Shown here: one piece after another, positions 27,864-38,309 of the stretch
How the letters are laid out: every line of letters begins with the position of its first letter
How positions within the stretch are numbered: the stretch's first letter is position 1
DNA from: an uncultured Rubrivirga sp.
Lineage (GTDB): Bacteria > Actinomycetota > Actinomycetes > S36-B12
Direction: 5' to 3'
DNA length: 64,000 bases
NCBI GenBank assembly: GCA_964631085.1
Contig: CAZVWA010000001.1
Coordinates: forward strand, 2,482-66,481
Made by a program: the position numbers and the translations under genes
Notes under the pieces: generated by a model
The model's database searches: none
Told to the model about the DNA's origin: nothing
What the model saw: the letters and a program-made list of their open reading frames with translations, nothing else

Positions 27864-28999
27864 CAGTGGCTGATTTCCGGCCACCGGTTCGAGACGACCT
27901 CGAAGGCCTTGCCCCCTACGGCGCACCGCAATTGGCGGTGGATGTCCGGCTCAACGTCAACGAAAACCCCTTCCCACCGTCCAAGCAGTTGGCAGATGCG
28001 CTTGCATCCGCGGTAGCCGAGGAAGCTCGCGGCCTGAATCGGTACCCGGACCGGGAATTCATCGATCTCAAAAGAGCGCTTGCCGACTACCTCGCCCGAG
28101 AATCCGCGGTCCAGTTGCCAGTGGAGGCGCTGTGGGCGGCCAACGGCTCCAATGAGGTGATGGCCCACATCATGGGTGCTTTCGGTGGACCGGGGCGCAT
28201 CGCCATCACCTTCCCGCCGACGTACTCCATGTATCCGGAGTACGCGCGCGAATCATTCACCGAGCTCGTTTCCGTGCCGCGCCGGTCGGACTTCGCGTTG
28301 GACATGCCCGCCGCTGTGGAGGCAATCGCCGAGCACGCGCCATCGATCGTGCTGTTGGCATCGCCGAACAATCCAACCGGCACCAGCGTTCCCGAGCGGG
28401 AGATAGCCGAGCTTGCCGAGGTCGCTGCGGGTGTTGGTGCGCTGCTTGTGGTCGACGAGGCCTACGCAGAATTTCGACGTTCGGGAGTGCCAAGCGCCCT
28501 CTCGCTCTTGGCAGACCATCCGAACATGGTCATCACGCGCACCATGAGCAAGGCATTCGCCATGGCGGGTGCCCGCGTCGGCTACGCGGCCGCGCACCCG
28601 TCGATCATTGACGCCCTGCGCATTGTTCGGCTCCCGTACCACCTGTCCGCGATTACTCAGGCTGTCGCACGCACCGCCTTGGACTTCGTCGACGAACTAC
28701 AGGCCGATGTGTCTCTGATTCGGGATGAGCGCGACTCGCTGCATGAGGCGCTGACCGCCCGAGGATTCCTCGTTGCCCACAGCGATGCGAACTTCTGCTT
28801 CTTTGGGCGATTCCACGATCGGCATCGCGTCTGGCAGGCATTGGTGGATCGAGGAGTTCTGATCCGTGAGACCGGTCCGCAGGCATGGCTGCGGGTCTCG
28901 GTGGGAACGCCGGAAGAGAACGCTAGGTTTATCGAGACCTTGGACGAGGTTGTGGTCTCCAGTGACCTCATGTCGGACGGAAATGGTGATAGCCGATGA
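27860..28999 (+). CDS. hisC: Histidinol-phosphate aminotransferase
   Basis: Class II aminotransferase with SPNNPTG and [15 protein letters not shown] (PLP lysine). GTGA overlap with hisD. Confidence 0.92.
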   Translation: MTVADFRPPVRDDLEGLAPYGAPQLAVDVRLNVNENPFPPSKQLADALASAVAEEARGLNRYPDREFIDLKRALADYLARESAVQLPVEALWAANGSNEVMAHIMGAFGGPGRIAITFPPTYSMYPEYARESFTELVSVPRRSDFALDMPAAVEAIAEHAPSIVLLASPNNPTGTSVPEREIAELAEVAAGVGALLVVDEAYAEFRRSGVPSALSLLADHPNMVITRTMSKAFAMAGARVGYAAAHPSIIDALRIVRLPYHLSAITQAVARTALDFVDELQADVSLIRDERDSLHEALTARGFLVAHSDANFCFFGRFHDRHRVWQALVDRGVLIRETGPQAWLRVSVGTPEENARFIETLDEVVVSSDLMSDGNGDSR

Positions 29000-29592
29000 G
29001 CAGGAACGCGCGTGTCGAGCGGTCGACGAAGGAAAGCGAAGTTCTGGTCGAGGTCGAACTTGACGGGACCGGCGCTAGCACCGTTGAAACCGGCGTTCCG
29101 TTCTTCGACCACATGCTGGCTCAATTGGCAAAACACGGTGGCCTTGATCTCACCGTGCGCACCAAAGGTGACCTCGAGGTGGACGCCCATCACACCGTCG
29201 AAGACACCTCGCTCGCGCTCGGGCAGGCCATCAACGAGGCCCTCGGCGATAGAGCGGGGCTGCGCCGGTACGGCGACGCCCTTGTCCCTCTCGATGAGTG
29301 CTTGGTTCAGTCGGCCGTCGATCTGTCCGGACGCCCGTACCTCGTTCACGAGGAACCCGATCTAGTCGAGTTGATCGGTTCCTACGACACGACGCTCACC
29401 CGGCACATCTGGGAATCGATCGTGGCCACGAGCCAGATCACATTGCACGTACGCGTGCTGAGCGGTCGCAACGCCCACCACGTGGTGGAGGCACAGTTCA
29501 AGTCGGTGGCGCGGTCACTTCGCGATGCCGTGGTCCTCGACCCGCGGGTCGTCGGAGTTCCCTCGACCAAGGGGACGCTCACCGCGTCCTGA
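28996..29592 (+). CDS. hisB: Imidazoleglycerol-phosphate dehydratase
   Basis: DAHHTVEDTSLALG and GRNAHHVVEAQFKS motifs. Monofunctional size (198 aa). Confidence 0.94.
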   Translation: MSRNARVERSTKESEVLVEVELDGTGASTVETGVPFFDHMLAQLAKHGGLDLTVRTKGDLEVDAHHTVEDTSLALGQAINEALGDRAGLRRYGDALVPLDECLVQSAVDLSGRPYLVHEEPDLVELIGSYDTTLTRHIWESIVATSQITLHVRVLSGRNAHHVVEAQFKSVARSLRDAVVLDPRVVGVPSTKGTLTAS

Positions 29593-29619
29593 CCGCACGC
29601 GTCCAATCCACCGGTTCTC

Positions 29620-30270
29620 ATGGCCCCCTCTCAACGCCCGAGCGTCGTCGTCCTGGACTACGGCAGTGGAAATCTGCGGTCGGCTCAGCGGGCTCTGCAG
29701 CGTGCGGGTGCTGACGTCGAGATCACTGCCGATGCGGTCGCGGCGATGTCGTGTGATGGACTCGTTGTTCCTGGTGTGGGTGCCTACGCCGCGTGCATGG
29801 CGGGTATCGACAAGATCGACGGCGGGGGTGTCATCGATCGACGGCTTGCCGGAGGTCGACCCGTCTTCGGCATCTGCGTCGGCCTGCAGGTTCTCTTTAC
29901 CGCCGGCATCGAGCACGGTGTCCGGACCGAAGGCTTAGGCCAATGGCCTGGCGTGGTCGAACGGCTCGATGCACCCGTGCTCCCGCACATGGGCTGGGAC
30001 ACCGTCGAGGTAGCGCCGGGATCCGAACTGTTCGCAGGAGTGGAATCCGAGCGCTTCTATTTCGTCCACACCTATGGCGTTCGCAGTTGGGAATTGGCCG
30101 ACGACCCTTCGTCTGCCATGGCGGTGCCACGCGTGTCGTGGTGCGAGTACGGAGGCCGGTTCGTCGCAGCCGTCGAGAATGGCCCGCTGGTCGCCACGCA
30201 GTTCCATCCGGAGAAGTCCAGCGACGCCGGAGCCGAACTCCTGCGTAACTGGGTCGATCGACTTCGCTAG
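29620..30270 (+). CDS. hisH: Imidazole glycerol phosphate synthase, glutamine amidotransferase subunit
   Basis: Class I GATase with nucleophile elbow GICVGLQ and QFHPEKS. Confidence 0.92.
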   Translation: MAPSQRPSVVVLDYGSGNLRSAQRALQRAGADVEITADAVAAMSCDGLVVPGVGAYAACMAGIDKIDGGGVIDRRLAGGRPVFGICVGLQVLFTAGIEHGVRTEGLGQWPGVVERLDAPVLPHMGWDTVEVAPGSELFAGVESERFYFVHTYGVRSWELADDPSSAMAVPRVSWCEYGGRFVAAVENGPLVATQFHPEKSSDAGAELLRNWVDRLR

Positions 30271-30309
30271 CCAAACGGCGTCACGGCCCGTGGAAGAACC
30301 GCAGTGACC

Positions 30310-30315
30310 TAGGCT
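30310..30315 (+). promoter_or_regulatory. -10-like hexamer TAGGCT inside the his operon, 6 nt upstream of GTG 30322
   Basis: TAGGCT-gaccgc-GTG. This would give either a leaderless hisA or a 27-nt leader to ATG 30349, which has GGGAAG 6 nt upstream. Confidence 0.35.
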
Positions 30316-30321
30316 GACCGC

Positions 30322-31110
30322 GTGAATCTGATGCATGGGAAGCCCTCGATGCTCGAGTTACTACCCGCCGTCGACGTTGCAGATGGTCAGGCGGTCCGGC
30401 TGGTTCAGGGGAAGGCGGGCTCGGAAACCGTCTACGGCAAGCCACTGGACGCCGCGCGCTCCTGGGTCGATCAAGGCGCGGGGTGGATTCATCTCGTAGA
30501 TCTCGATGCGGCGTTCGGCAGAGGTTCGAACGCGGAGGTGATCACCGAGGTCGTGCATGCCCTTCGTGACCACGTTCGAATCGAACTGTCGGGGGGTATC
30601 CGAGATGACGATTCCTTGAGCCGAGCCCTAGCGACCGGATGCACGCGGGTGAATCTCGGCACCGCCGCGCTGGAGGATCCGGACTGGACCGAGCGGGTGA
30701 TCGGCGAGCACGGTGACCGCGTAGCCGTCGGTCTGGACGTGAAGGGTCACACTCTGGCTGCGCGTGGCTGGACAACCGAAGGCGGTGACCTGTGGGAAAC
30801 CCTCGGGCGCCTCGATGCCGCCGGATGCGCGCGCTACGTGGTGACCGACGTCCACAAGGACGGGACCATGAAGGGCCCGAACTTCCATCTCCTGCGCGAT
30901 GTATGCAAGGTCACCAAGGCACCGGTGGTGGCCTCGGGCGGTATCAGTCACCTTGAGGATCTGCACAAGTTGGCGGATATGACATCGGAGGGCATCGAGG
31001 GCGCGATCATCGGACGGGCGCTTTACGACGGTGCCTTCACATTGGCTGAAGCCATTGCCGCCATAGAGGCGCGCTACGACCCGTACGAATGGGGTCCACC
31101 GCGACCATGA
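30322..31110 (+). CDS. hisA: ProFAR isomerase, actinobacterial PriA type (probable dual HisA/TrpF)
   Basis: [18 protein letters not shown] and ASGGIS motifs. No trpF gene in the adjacent trp cluster. Start is either GTG 30322 or ATG 30349. Confidence 0.9.
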   Translation: MNLMHGKPSMLELLPAVDVADGQAVRLVQGKAGSETVYGKPLDAARSWVDQGAGWIHLVDLDAAFGRGSNAEVITEVVHALRDHVRIELSGGIRDDDSLSRALATGCTRVNLGTAALEDPDWTERVIGEHGDRVAVGLDVKGHTLAARGWTTEGGDLWETLGRLDAAGCARYVVTDVHKDGTMKGPNFHLLRDVCKVTKAPVVASGGISHLEDLHKLADMTSEGIEGAIIGRALYDGAFTLAEAIAAIEARYDPYEWGPPRP

Positions 31111-31898
31111 CTCTTGCCGTTCGGGTCATCCCATGTCTTGACGTCGATGCAGGCCGAGTGGTCAAAGGCGTCAACTTCGTGGACCTGCGCGATGCCGGGG
31201 ATCCCGTCGAGCTCGCAGCGAAGTACGACGCCGAAGGCGCTGACGAACTCGTCTTCTTGGACATCACGGCATCGTCGGGAAGTCGCGAGACCACGTACGA
31301 CGTAGTGCGTCGTACGGCGGAGACGGTTTTCATCCCGCTGACCGTCGGCGGTGGGGTTCGAAGTGTGGAGGACTTCGACCGTTTGCTGCGCGCCGGAGCG
31401 GACAAGGTCAGTCTCAATACCGCAGCGATCGCCGATCCCGAATTACTGACCTCGGCCAGCGAGCGGTTCGGCTCTCAATGTGTCGTTCTCAGTGTGGATG
31501 CCCGGCGTTGCACAGATGGCACCTCCACACCCAGCGGATTCGAGGTCACCACGCACGGAGGGCGGCAGGGGACGGGTATCGACGCCATCGAATGGGCCGT
31601 CGAAGGTGCCGAGCGCGGCGCGGGGGAGATCTTGTTGAACTCCATGGACGCCGACGGAACCACCGAGGGTTTCGATACGGACATGATTGGCCGGGTACGC
31701 GAGCGCGTCAATGTTCCGTTGATCGCCAGCGGGGGCGCTGGGCAGTTGTCGGACTTCCCGCAGGCGGTAGACGCCGGTGCCGATGCGGTGCTCGCTGCCA
31801 GCGTCTTCCACTTCGGCCAAATCGCCATCCCCGACGTCAAGTCCGCACTCGCCGACGCCGGGCTCCCGGTGCGTCGGCACAATGTTCACCATGGGTGA
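31107..31898 (+). CDS. hisF: Imidazole glycerol phosphate synthase, cyclase subunit
   Basis: RVIPCLDV and ASGGAG motifs. ATGA overlap with the hisA stop. The ORF-track start at 31089 was rejected. Confidence 0.94.
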   Translation: MTLAVRVIPCLDVDAGRVVKGVNFVDLRDAGDPVELAAKYDAEGADELVFLDITASSGSRETTYDVVRRTAETVFIPLTVGGGVRSVEDFDRLLRAGADKVSLNTAAIADPELLTSASERFGSQCVVLSVDARRCTDGTSTPSGFEVTTHGGRQGTGIDAIEWAVEGAERGAGEILLNSMDADGTTEGFDTDMIGRVRERVNVPLIASGGAGQLSDFPQAVDAGADAVLAASVFHFGQIAIPDVKSALADAGLPVRRHNVHHG

Positions 31899-32259
31899 CG
31901 ACACCGGCAACCTCCTCGACCTCGAGATCGACGAAGTCATCGGGCGCGTTCGGTTCGACGCTGCCGGACTTGTCCCGGCGATCGCCCAAGATGCCGATTC
32001 TCGCCAGGTCCTGATGATGGCGTGGATGGATGAAGAGGCGTTGCGGGCGACCTTGGCGAATCGTCGCGCCACGTACTTCTCCCGTAGTCGCCAGCGGCAA
32101 TGGATCAAAGGCGAGACATCGGGCAATTTTCAGACCGTGCGAGAACTGAGTCTGGATTGCGACGCAGACACCGTGTTGCTGATCGTCGATCAGCAGGGCG
32201 GAGCGTGTCACACCGGCGCAGTGAGTTGCTTCGACGTTGGCGGCCGTGATGATCGGTGA
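31891..32259 (+). CDS. hisI: Phosphoribosyl-AMP cyclohydrolase
   Basis: [24 protein letters not shown] and [20 protein letters not shown] motifs. Start is ATG 31891 or 31882, overlapping the hisF end. Confidence 0.9.
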   Translation: MGDDTGNLLDLEIDEVIGRVRFDAAGLVPAIAQDADSRQVLMMAWMDEEALRATLANRRATYFSRSRQRQWIKGETSGNFQTVRELSLDCDADTVLLIVDQQGGACHTGAVSCFDVGGRDDR

Positions 32260-33850
32260 GAATTCTCTCGACATCGAAGAATTTCGCATTCGCGCACAAT
32301 CCAACCGCGTCATTCCTGTTTCGCGCACACTGCTCGCCGATGGCTTGACCGCAATCGGCCTATTCGAGACCTTGTGCGGAGACCGAGCGGGAACCTTCCT
32401 GCTGGAGTCGGCTGAGTCCGGCAGATCGTGGTCTCGGTATTCCTTCGTCGGTGTTCGAGCGGCGGCAATGTTGACCGAACGCGACGGCCAAGCGCACTGG
32501 GTCGGTCGGGTTCCGGTTGGCTTGCCGACAACGGGGACCGCGTGGGATGTGCTCCGCGAGTCTGTGCAGGTGCTCAACACTCCGGTGGAGTCCATGGTCC
32601 ATGACGACGAATCCGGTCCACGATTTACCAGCGGCTTCGTCGGCTGTTTGGCCTATGACGCTGTTCGGTCCTTCGAGAAGTTGCCCGATGGCAACCCAGC
32701 GCCGCTCGACCTGCCCGACCTCGCCTTCCTCCTGGCAACCGATCTGGCCGTCCTCGACCATTTCCGAGGGACGGTGACTTTGATCGCAACGGCGATTAAC
32801 TTCGACGCGACCGACCAACGAGTGGATGATGCCTGGCGAGATGCGATCGCCCGGCTCGATCACATGGAATCCTCGCTTGCCGCCCCCACGGGTGTCGCCG
32901 TCTCCGTCGCCGTTTCGCAGCCGTCCGCCGATATCCGCGCCCAGACCTCGGACGCTCAGTACCTCGCATCGGTCGAAGCCGCGAAGGAATACATTCGCGC
33001 CGGAGATGCTTTCCAGGTGGTCTTGTCCCAGCGATATTCGCTACCGATCCAGGCGCGATCCTTGGACGTCTACCGAGTTCTTCGATCGTCGAACCCGAGC
33101 CCCTACATGTATCTGATTCGGATTCCACAAGAGTCAGATGAGGGCCATGGGTTAGGCCATTCCAGCGCCTTCGATGTCGTGGGATCCTCACCCGAAGCCT
33201 TGGTTACCGTCGACAATGAGCGCTGCACCGTGCACCCCATTGCCGGCACTCGAAAGCGCGGGCGCGATTCGGCCGAGGATAACGATCTTGCTCGCGAACT
33301 CCTTGCGGATGCGAAAGAGCGTGCTGAGCACGTGATGTTGGTTGACCTGGCTCGTAACGACCTTGGTCGTGTGTGTTCCCCGGGTACCGTTGAAGTCACA
33401 GAGTTCATGGAAATCGAGCGGTACTCCCATGTCATGCACATCGTCTCGACTGTGGTCGGACACCTCGACCACAATGTTTCGGCGCTGGATGCGCTTCGAG
33501 CGACTTTCCCGGCCGGCACGTTGAGCGGCGCGCCCAAGGTGCGAGCGATGGAGATCATTGACGAGTTGGAGGGATCCCGGCGAGGCCTGTACGGCGGAGT
33601 CGTTGGTTACGTGGATTTCCGAGGAAACCTCGATATGGCGATCGCCATTCGAACTGCGGTGATCCAAGACGGACAGGCCCACGTCCAAGCCGGCGCTGGC
33701 ATCGTCGCCGATTCGGACTCGATTGCTGAAGCGCAGGAGTGTGCCAACAAGGCAGGAGCGGTGTTGGCAGCCGTGCACACCGCCGGGTCCCTTCGCTCGC
33801 TCGGTTCTGGCTCACCCGAAAATCGAGAATCCCCCCGGGCACCGTCGTGA
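32249..33850 (+). CDS. trpE: Anthranilate synthase component I
   Basis: LLESAE and [15 protein letters not shown] motifs. Candidate starts (TTG 32237, GTG 32246, ATG 32249) all overlap the hisI 3' end. Confidence 0.93.
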   Translation: MIGENSLDIEEFRIRAQSNRVIPVSRTLLADGLTAIGLFETLCGDRAGTFLLESAESGRSWSRYSFVGVRAAAMLTERDGQAHWVGRVPVGLPTTGTAWDVLRESVQVLNTPVESMVHDDESGPRFTSGFVGCLAYDAVRSFEKLPDGNPAPLDLPDLAFLLATDLAVLDHFRGTVTLIATAINFDATDQRVDDAWRDAIARLDHMESSLAAPTGVAVSVAVSQPSADIRAQTSDAQYLASVEAAKEYIRAGDAFQVVLSQRYSLPIQARSLDVYRVLRSSNPSPYMYLIRIPQESDEGHGLGHSSAFDVVGSSPEALVTVDNERCTVHPIAGTRKRGRDSAEDNDLARELLADAKERAEHVMLVDLARNDLGRVCSPGTVEVTEFMEIERYSHVMHIVSTVVGHLDHNVSALDALRATFPAGTLSGAPKVRAMEIIDELEGSRRGLYGGVVGYVDFRGNLDMAIAIRTAVIQDGQAHVQAGAGIVADSDSIAEAQECANKAGAVLAAVHTAGSLRSLGSGSPENRESPRAPS

Positions 33851-34533
33851 CCGCGAGTGAGGCGGCGAGCAAGGCAGCGAGCACGGCGGCGAGCACGGCT
33901 GCGAGACGGCCCCTTGTGCTCGCGTTGGGTCTGATGGTTGCGGGATCTGTCCTGGGGTGGTGGGCGATGTCCTCCACCTGGATCACGATCGAGGAGTCCC
34001 TGCTGGGAACCTCGAGTGCCGACGGTATCGCCGCGATCAGTTTGCGAGAGATCTCCGGAAGTCGACTTTTCCCGCTCGCCGCTGCCGCGCCGATCATCGG
34101 CTTGGCCGGCGTAGCCGGCGTTATTGGATCTCGTGGCTGGCTGCGTCGCGGGATCGGTGGCGTCGTCGTGGTTTCTGGGGCAGTTGTGGTGTGGTCGGGA
34201 TTCAGCGCAATAGGTTTCCTCCGCTCTGGAGCGTCCGCAGGGAACGCACTACCGGGGATAGACGGCGAAGTCGTGTCGGTGTCTTCGGTTTTTTCGGTGA
34301 TTGCGCTCATCGCGGGATTGATGCTCGTAATCGGCGGCGCCATGACCGCTTACGCCGGTGGACGTTGGCCGGCGCTGGGACGGGGTTATGAGCGAACGGG
34401 TCGGCTTCCACGCGACGACTGGGAGGCTCTGGACAGCGGAATCGACCCGACGCTTGAGCCACCGACCGTTGCGACCGAGCCCGGTAGCGCGACATCGAGC
34501 CGTACCGAACACCCGAAGACGTCCGGGGAGTGA
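33847..34533 (+). CDS. Trp-operon-associated integral membrane protein (function unknown)
   Basis: GTGA overlap with the trpE stop. Four to five hydrophobic helices and a hydrophilic C-terminus. From memory it resembles the family annotated as Trp biosynthesis-associated membrane protein that follows trpE in actinobacteria. Confidence 0.7.
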   Translation: MTASEAASKAASTAASTAARRPLVLALGLMVAGSVLGWWAMSSTWITIEESLLGTSSADGIAAISLREISGSRLFPLAAAAPIIGLAGVAGVIGSRGWLRRGIGGVVVVSGAVVVWSGFSAIGFLRSGASAGNALPGIDGEVVSVSSVFSVIALIAGLMLVIGGAMTAYAGGRWPALGRGYERTGRLPRDDWEALDSGIDPTLEPPTVATEPGSATSSRTEHPKTSGE

Positions 34534-34545
34534 TTGGATAGGGGC

Positions 34546-34794
34546 ATGGAGGCTACGCCAGCGCACAATGCTCATCTTGAGACCGCTGAGGATCACGACG
34601 ACCACGGTTCGACGCCAGCGGCGTGGACGGCTGTCGTAATCATCACCATCGCGTTCACCGTCGGCACCTTGGCGATCATTCTCGGTAACTGGCCGCTGTT
34701 CTGGGTTGGCGTGGGACTCGTCGTCGTTGGCGGGATCGTCGGCAAGGCGATGCAGGCGATGGGCCTGGGCAAGAAGCCCCGAGCCACTTCTTAA
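34546..34794 (+). CDS. HGxxPAAW-motif small membrane protein (function unknown)
   Basis: HGSTPAAW motif followed by two TM helices (TAVVIITIAFTVGTLAIILG, LFWVGVGLVVVGGIVG). ATG 34546 is preceded by GATAGGGG. TTG 34534 is an alternative start. Confidence 0.7.
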   Translation: MEATPAHNAHLETAEDHDDHGSTPAAWTAVVIITIAFTVGTLAIILGNWPLFWVGVGLVVVGGIVGKAMQAMGLGKKPRATS

Positions 34795-34804
34795 CCATCT
34801 TCGA

Positions 34805-34825
34805 ACGAAGTGGGAACCCATTCGT
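34805..34825 (+). terminator. Stem-loop after the HGxxPAAW gene (possible terminator separating it from the two-component genes)
   Basis: ACGAA(G)TGGG-aa-CCCATTCGT gives about 8-9 bp with one bulge. No U tract. Confidence 0.3.
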
Positions 34826-34872
34826 AACCGCAAAGAGCGGGTAAAGACCTCTGTCTCTGCCACGCTTAGTGC

Positions 34873-35562
34873 ATGAGTGAACGCGGCCTGGTCCTCGTCG
34901 TCGAAGACGAGAAGCCGATCTCGGACCTACTTCGTCTGTATCTGGGACGAGAAGGTTTCGGTGTCCACGCGGAGTTCGATGGACCGGGCGGATTGACGGC
35001 AGCTCGAACCAAGCATCCCGTAGCGATCGTGCTGGACGTCGGACTCCCGGGTATGGACGGCACGGAGGTATGCCGAGTTCTGCGAGCCGAGGACAACTGG
35101 GTTCCCATCATTTTCTGCACTGCTCGTGATGATGAAGTCGACCGCGTATTGGGCTTGGAGCTGGGTGCTGATGACTACGTGACCAAGCCTTTCAGTCCGC
35201 GAGAGGTCGTCGCGCGAGTGAAGTCTCTCGTTCGTCGATCTGGGCTGGCCCAGCGCGAGAGCACACCAATGTCGATCGGCGAGATCACGGTCGATACGAC
35301 ACAACGTCGAGTCTTCATCCGTGAAGCAGAGATCGATCTCACGGCAACCGAGTTCGATCTTCTCGCCCATTTAGTGTCCGAGCCGGGCCGGGTGTTCAGT
35401 CGCGATCAATTGCTGGCCGAGGTCTGGGGCTATGCCGCTGTTGTGGGTACCCGCACCGTCGATGTCCACGTCGCCCAATTGCGTGCCAAGCTCGGCGACG
35501 ACAGCCCGATCCGAACCGTGCGCGGTGTCGGCTATGCAGCGGAGGTTCCCCGGCATGCCTGA
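34873..35562 (+). CDS. OmpR/PhoB family response regulator
   Basis: Receiver domain (LVLVVEDE, VLDVGLPGMDG, KPF) and winged-helix output (RTVDVHVAQLRAKL). Confidence 0.92.
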   Translation: MSERGLVLVVEDEKPISDLLRLYLGREGFGVHAEFDGPGGLTAARTKHPVAIVLDVGLPGMDGTEVCRVLRAEDNWVPIIFCTARDDEVDRVLGLELGADDYVTKPFSPREVVARVKSLVRRSGLAQRESTPMSIGEITVDTTQRRVFIREAEIDLTATEFDLLAHLVSEPGRVFSRDQLLAEVWGYAAVVGTRTVDVHVAQLRAKLGDDSPIRTVRGVGYAAEVPRHA

Positions 35563-36964
35563 TACCCACGCGCGTGGGGTGAGTAACCGACGTTGGGGGA
35601 TCGTCACTCAAACGGTGCTCTTGGCCACGGCGATAGCGGCGATCGCCGTTTTGGTGGCGGGGATCGCGGCCGCTCCGTTCGTCCGTGGAGCGGCGGTGGC
35701 TGAGGCGACGGGCGCGCTGGGGCGACTGGCGGACCTCACGGCCGCATACGTCGACCGCCCCAATGCCCGGATGCCGCGAGATCGACTCCTGGCTCGTCCT
35801 TTGGAGCGGATCCTTCGCGAAGAGGGTGTCACCGGCTTCCTCGTGGCACCCGATAGTGCCCTGCCTCCCGGTCTCAGCGAGCAGGCGTTCGTGCGCATCC
35901 TCAACGGTGAGTCCGTTTCGGAAAGCGGAGTGGGTGCGGACGGACGCCGAATCCTCCTCGAGGGGCGTCCGGTGCCCCAGGGAGCGGTTGTCTTGACCCA
36001 GCCGGTGGACGTTGCGAGCGCAGCAACGGGATTGTTCCTGACCAGGATCGCCGCCGCTCTTGGCTTGGGGCTGCTCATCGCGGTGGGTATCGCATTTCTC
36101 GTTGCGCGACGGTTGTCGCGTCCGTTGCGTGAGGCCCAAGGCGTGGCCCATCGAATGGCCGAAGGTCAACGGCAGGAGCGTCTCGAACCACGGGGACCGA
36201 CAGAGGTCGCCGACATTGCTGACGCATTGAATGCCCTCAATTCCGCCCTGGTGGTTTCCGAGGGGCGTCAACGCGAATTTTTGCTGTCGGTATCGCATGA
36301 GCTTCGAACTCCTTTGACCGCGGTTCGGGGATACGGCGAAGCGCTGGCCGATGAGCTCCTGCCCAGCGAGGAAGTGCCCTCGGTGGGCACAACAATTGCG
36401 GCTGAGGCGAGCCGCCTCAATCGCTTAGTGAACGATCTACTCGACCTAGCGCGCATGGGTGCGGTCGACTTCCGCATCACCACGACCGACATCGATGCGC
36501 GCGAGATCCTCGACGAAGCGGGCCGGGTCTGGCGGGACCGATGCGAGCGCGAAGGCGTTGTTCTAACGGTCGACGATATTCCCGAGCCGGTGGGCGTTCG
36601 TGGAGATGCAATGCGCATCAGGCAAATCCTCGACAACCTCATGGAGAATGCCCTACGCGTCTCCCCCCAGGGGTCATCGATCCACATGGGCCTGCACCAA
36701 GACCCGGCCATCAGCGGCGGCCGCTACGCGGTTTTCGAAGTTCGCGACAGCGGCCCCGGCCTCACCGAAGATGACCGGACAGTGGCGTTCGAGCCTGGCG
36801 CTCTGCACGAGCGGTATCGGGGAGTGCGGCCGGTGGGAACCGGATTAGGTCTGGCGCTGGTCCAGCGCCTCGCCAGCAGCATGGGTGGATCCGCCACGGT
36901 GACGAGTAGTCCAGGTCACGGCACTTCCTTTTGGATCCGGATTCCGATTGACGAATCGTCGTAG
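35555..36964 (+). CDS. Sensor histidine kinase (2 TM, extracytoplasmic loop, HAMP, HisKA, HATPase)
   Basis: H-box SHELRTPLT, N-box LMENALRV, G-boxes DSGPGL and GTGLGLALV. GGAGG lies 9 nt upstream of ATG 35555, which overlaps the response-regulator stop. The ORF-track start at 35432 was rejected. Confidence 0.9.
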   Translation: MPDTHARGVSNRRWGIVTQTVLLATAIAAIAVLVAGIAAAPFVRGAAVAEATGALGRLADLTAAYVDRPNARMPRDRLLARPLERILREEGVTGFLVAPDSALPPGLSEQAFVRILNGESVSESGVGADGRRILLEGRPVPQGAVVLTQPVDVASAATGLFLTRIAAALGLGLLIAVGIAFLVARRLSRPLREAQGVAHRMAEGQRQERLEPRGPTEVADIADALNALNSALVVSEGRQREFLLSVSHELRTPLTAVRGYGEALADELLPSEEVPSVGTTIAAEASRLNRLVNDLLDLARMGAVDFRITTTDIDAREILDEAGRVWRDRCEREGVVLTVDDIPEPVGVRGDAMRIRQILDNLMENALRVSPQGSSIHMGLHQDPAISGGRYAVFEVRDSGPGLTEDDRTVAFEPGALHERYRGVRPVGTGLGLALVQRLASSMGGSATVTSSPGHGTSFWIRIPIDESS

Positions 36965-36967
36965 GCT
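36962..36967 (+). promoter_or_regulatory. -10-like hexamer TAGGCT, 6 nt upstream of GTG 36974
   Basis: Its TAG is the kinase stop codon. TAGGCT-gtcggg-GTG. The GGGG run could instead act as a very close Shine-Dalgarno sequence. Confidence 0.3.
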
Positions 36968-36973
36968 GTCGGG

Positions 36974-37447
36974 GTGATCGACAGTCAGGCTTCGGAGACG
37001 ACGACGGCAGGCGCATTCGTCGTCGATCGACGATCTCGTCGGCGTCGCATGCTGCCGGTTGTGATAACCGCTCTCGCGACGATCGTGGGTGCCATTTACC
37101 TTCGGGCAGTCGATCCCAACGTCCCGGGGCACTACCCGGGGTGCCCCAGTCAATTGCTCCTTGGAGTCGACTGTCCCGGGTGCGGCGGGATGCGCGGTAC
37201 CTACGATCTCCTCTACGGCGATCTATCGGGTATGGCCGATCACAACATCTTGCTCTTCGCATTCTGGCCGGTCGCGATCGTGGCCTTCGGGATCTGGGCG
37301 TATCGATCGTGGACCGGGCGGCGGCCCGCGGTTGATATTCCGACCCAGGCACGTCGATCCCGGTTTATGGTCTGGGTTCTCGTTGCCGTTCTCATCTTCG
37401 GTGTCGTACGGAACTTCGTTCCCTACCTCGGATCCTCGGCGGGCTAG
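36974..37447 (+). CDS. DUF2752 family membrane protein
   Basis: [20 protein letters not shown] motif followed by hydrophobic helices. The start is uncertain (GTG 36974 or ATG 37049). Confidence 0.7.
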   Translation: MIDSQASETTTAGAFVVDRRSRRRRMLPVVITALATIVGAIYLRAVDPNVPGHYPGCPSQLLLGVDCPGCGGMRGTYDLLYGDLSGMADHNILLFAFWPVAIVAFGIWAYRSWTGRRPAVDIPTQARRSRFMVWVLVAVLIFGVVRNFVPYLGSSAG

Positions 37448-37477
37448 AGCCCCGATTGCCGACAGGGCCGTCGGGCG

Positions 37478-37483
37478 TACTGT
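37478..37483 (+). promoter_or_regulatory. -10-like hexamer TACTGT, 7 nt upstream of the trpC ATG
   Basis: TACTGT-ggggggc-ATG. Ambiguous, because the G run could also act as a Shine-Dalgarno sequence. Confidence 0.3.
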
Positions 37484-37490
37484 GGGGGGC

Positions 37491-38309
37491 ATGAACGTCC
37501 TCGACGGCATACTCGACGGCGTCCGCGAAGACGTATCGCGACGCATGGGTCTCGTGCCACTCGAGACATTGAAGGAACGGGCGAGCGGCACTGCCCCCGC
37601 GCGGGACCCCAGATCAGCGTTCAATTCCGATGATGTCTGCGTCATCGCCGAGGTCAAGCGCGAGAGCCCAAGTCGGGGGCCACTTGCCGAGATCGCCGAT
37701 CCGGCTGCATTGGCGCGCGACTATGAAGCAGGTGGGGCGCATTGCATCAGCGTTCTTACCGAGGAGAGACGATTCGGGGGAAGCCTCGATGACCTTGCTT
37801 CCGTCCGGGCCGCCGTTGATATTCCCGTTCTTCGCAAAGACTTCATCATCGGTAGCTACCAGTTGTGGGAAGCCCGCGCTTACGGTGCGGACCTTGTGCT
37901 ACTCATCGTTGCTGCTCTGGAGCAGGACGCATTGATCTCCCTGGTGGAAAGGGCTCGCAGCCTGGGGTTGACTCCACTTGTTGAGGTGCATGATGAAAAC
38001 GAGATCGCCCGGGCACTCGACGCCGGCGCGGACATCATCGGAGTGAATGCGCGCAACTTGAAAACCCTTGAGGTGGACCGGGGGGTGTTCGCCCGAATCG
38101 CACACCTCATTCCTGACTCCTGCATCAAGATTGCCGAGTCTGGTGTTCGTGAGCCGCACGACTTAATCGCCTACGCCGAGGCCGGAGCTGATGCTGTGCT
38201 CGTGGGGGAGAGTCTGGTGACGGGTAAGGACCCGCGTCTGGCAGTGCACAACCTCGTCACTGCAGGAGCACACCCTGCACTTCGCCAGGGCAAGAGGATG
38301 ACCTCGTGA
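37491..38309 (+). CDS. trpC: Indole-3-glycerol phosphate synthase
   Basis: [16 protein letters not shown]-terminus, [13 protein letters not shown] and LRKDFI motifs. The ORF-track extension to 37089 overlaps the DUF2752 gene and was rejected. Confidence 0.93.
   Translation: MNVLDGILDGVREDVSRRMGLVPLETLKERASGTAPARDPRSAFNSDDVCVIAEVKRESPSRGPLAEIADPAALARDYEAGGAHCISVLTEERRFGGSLDDLASVRAAVDIPVLRKDFIIGSYQLWEARAYGADLVLLIVAALEQDALISLVERARSLGLTPLVEVHDENEIARALDAGADIIGVNARNLKTLEVDRGVFARIAHLIPDSCIKIAESGVREPHDLIAYAEAGADAVLVGESLVTGKDPRLAVHNLVTAGAHPALRQGKRMTS

Noticed and set aside
32237-32259. Trp leader peptide or attenuator before trpE
   Set aside because: There is no intergenic space, because trpE starts inside hisI. 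No short ORF with tandem Trp codons is present.
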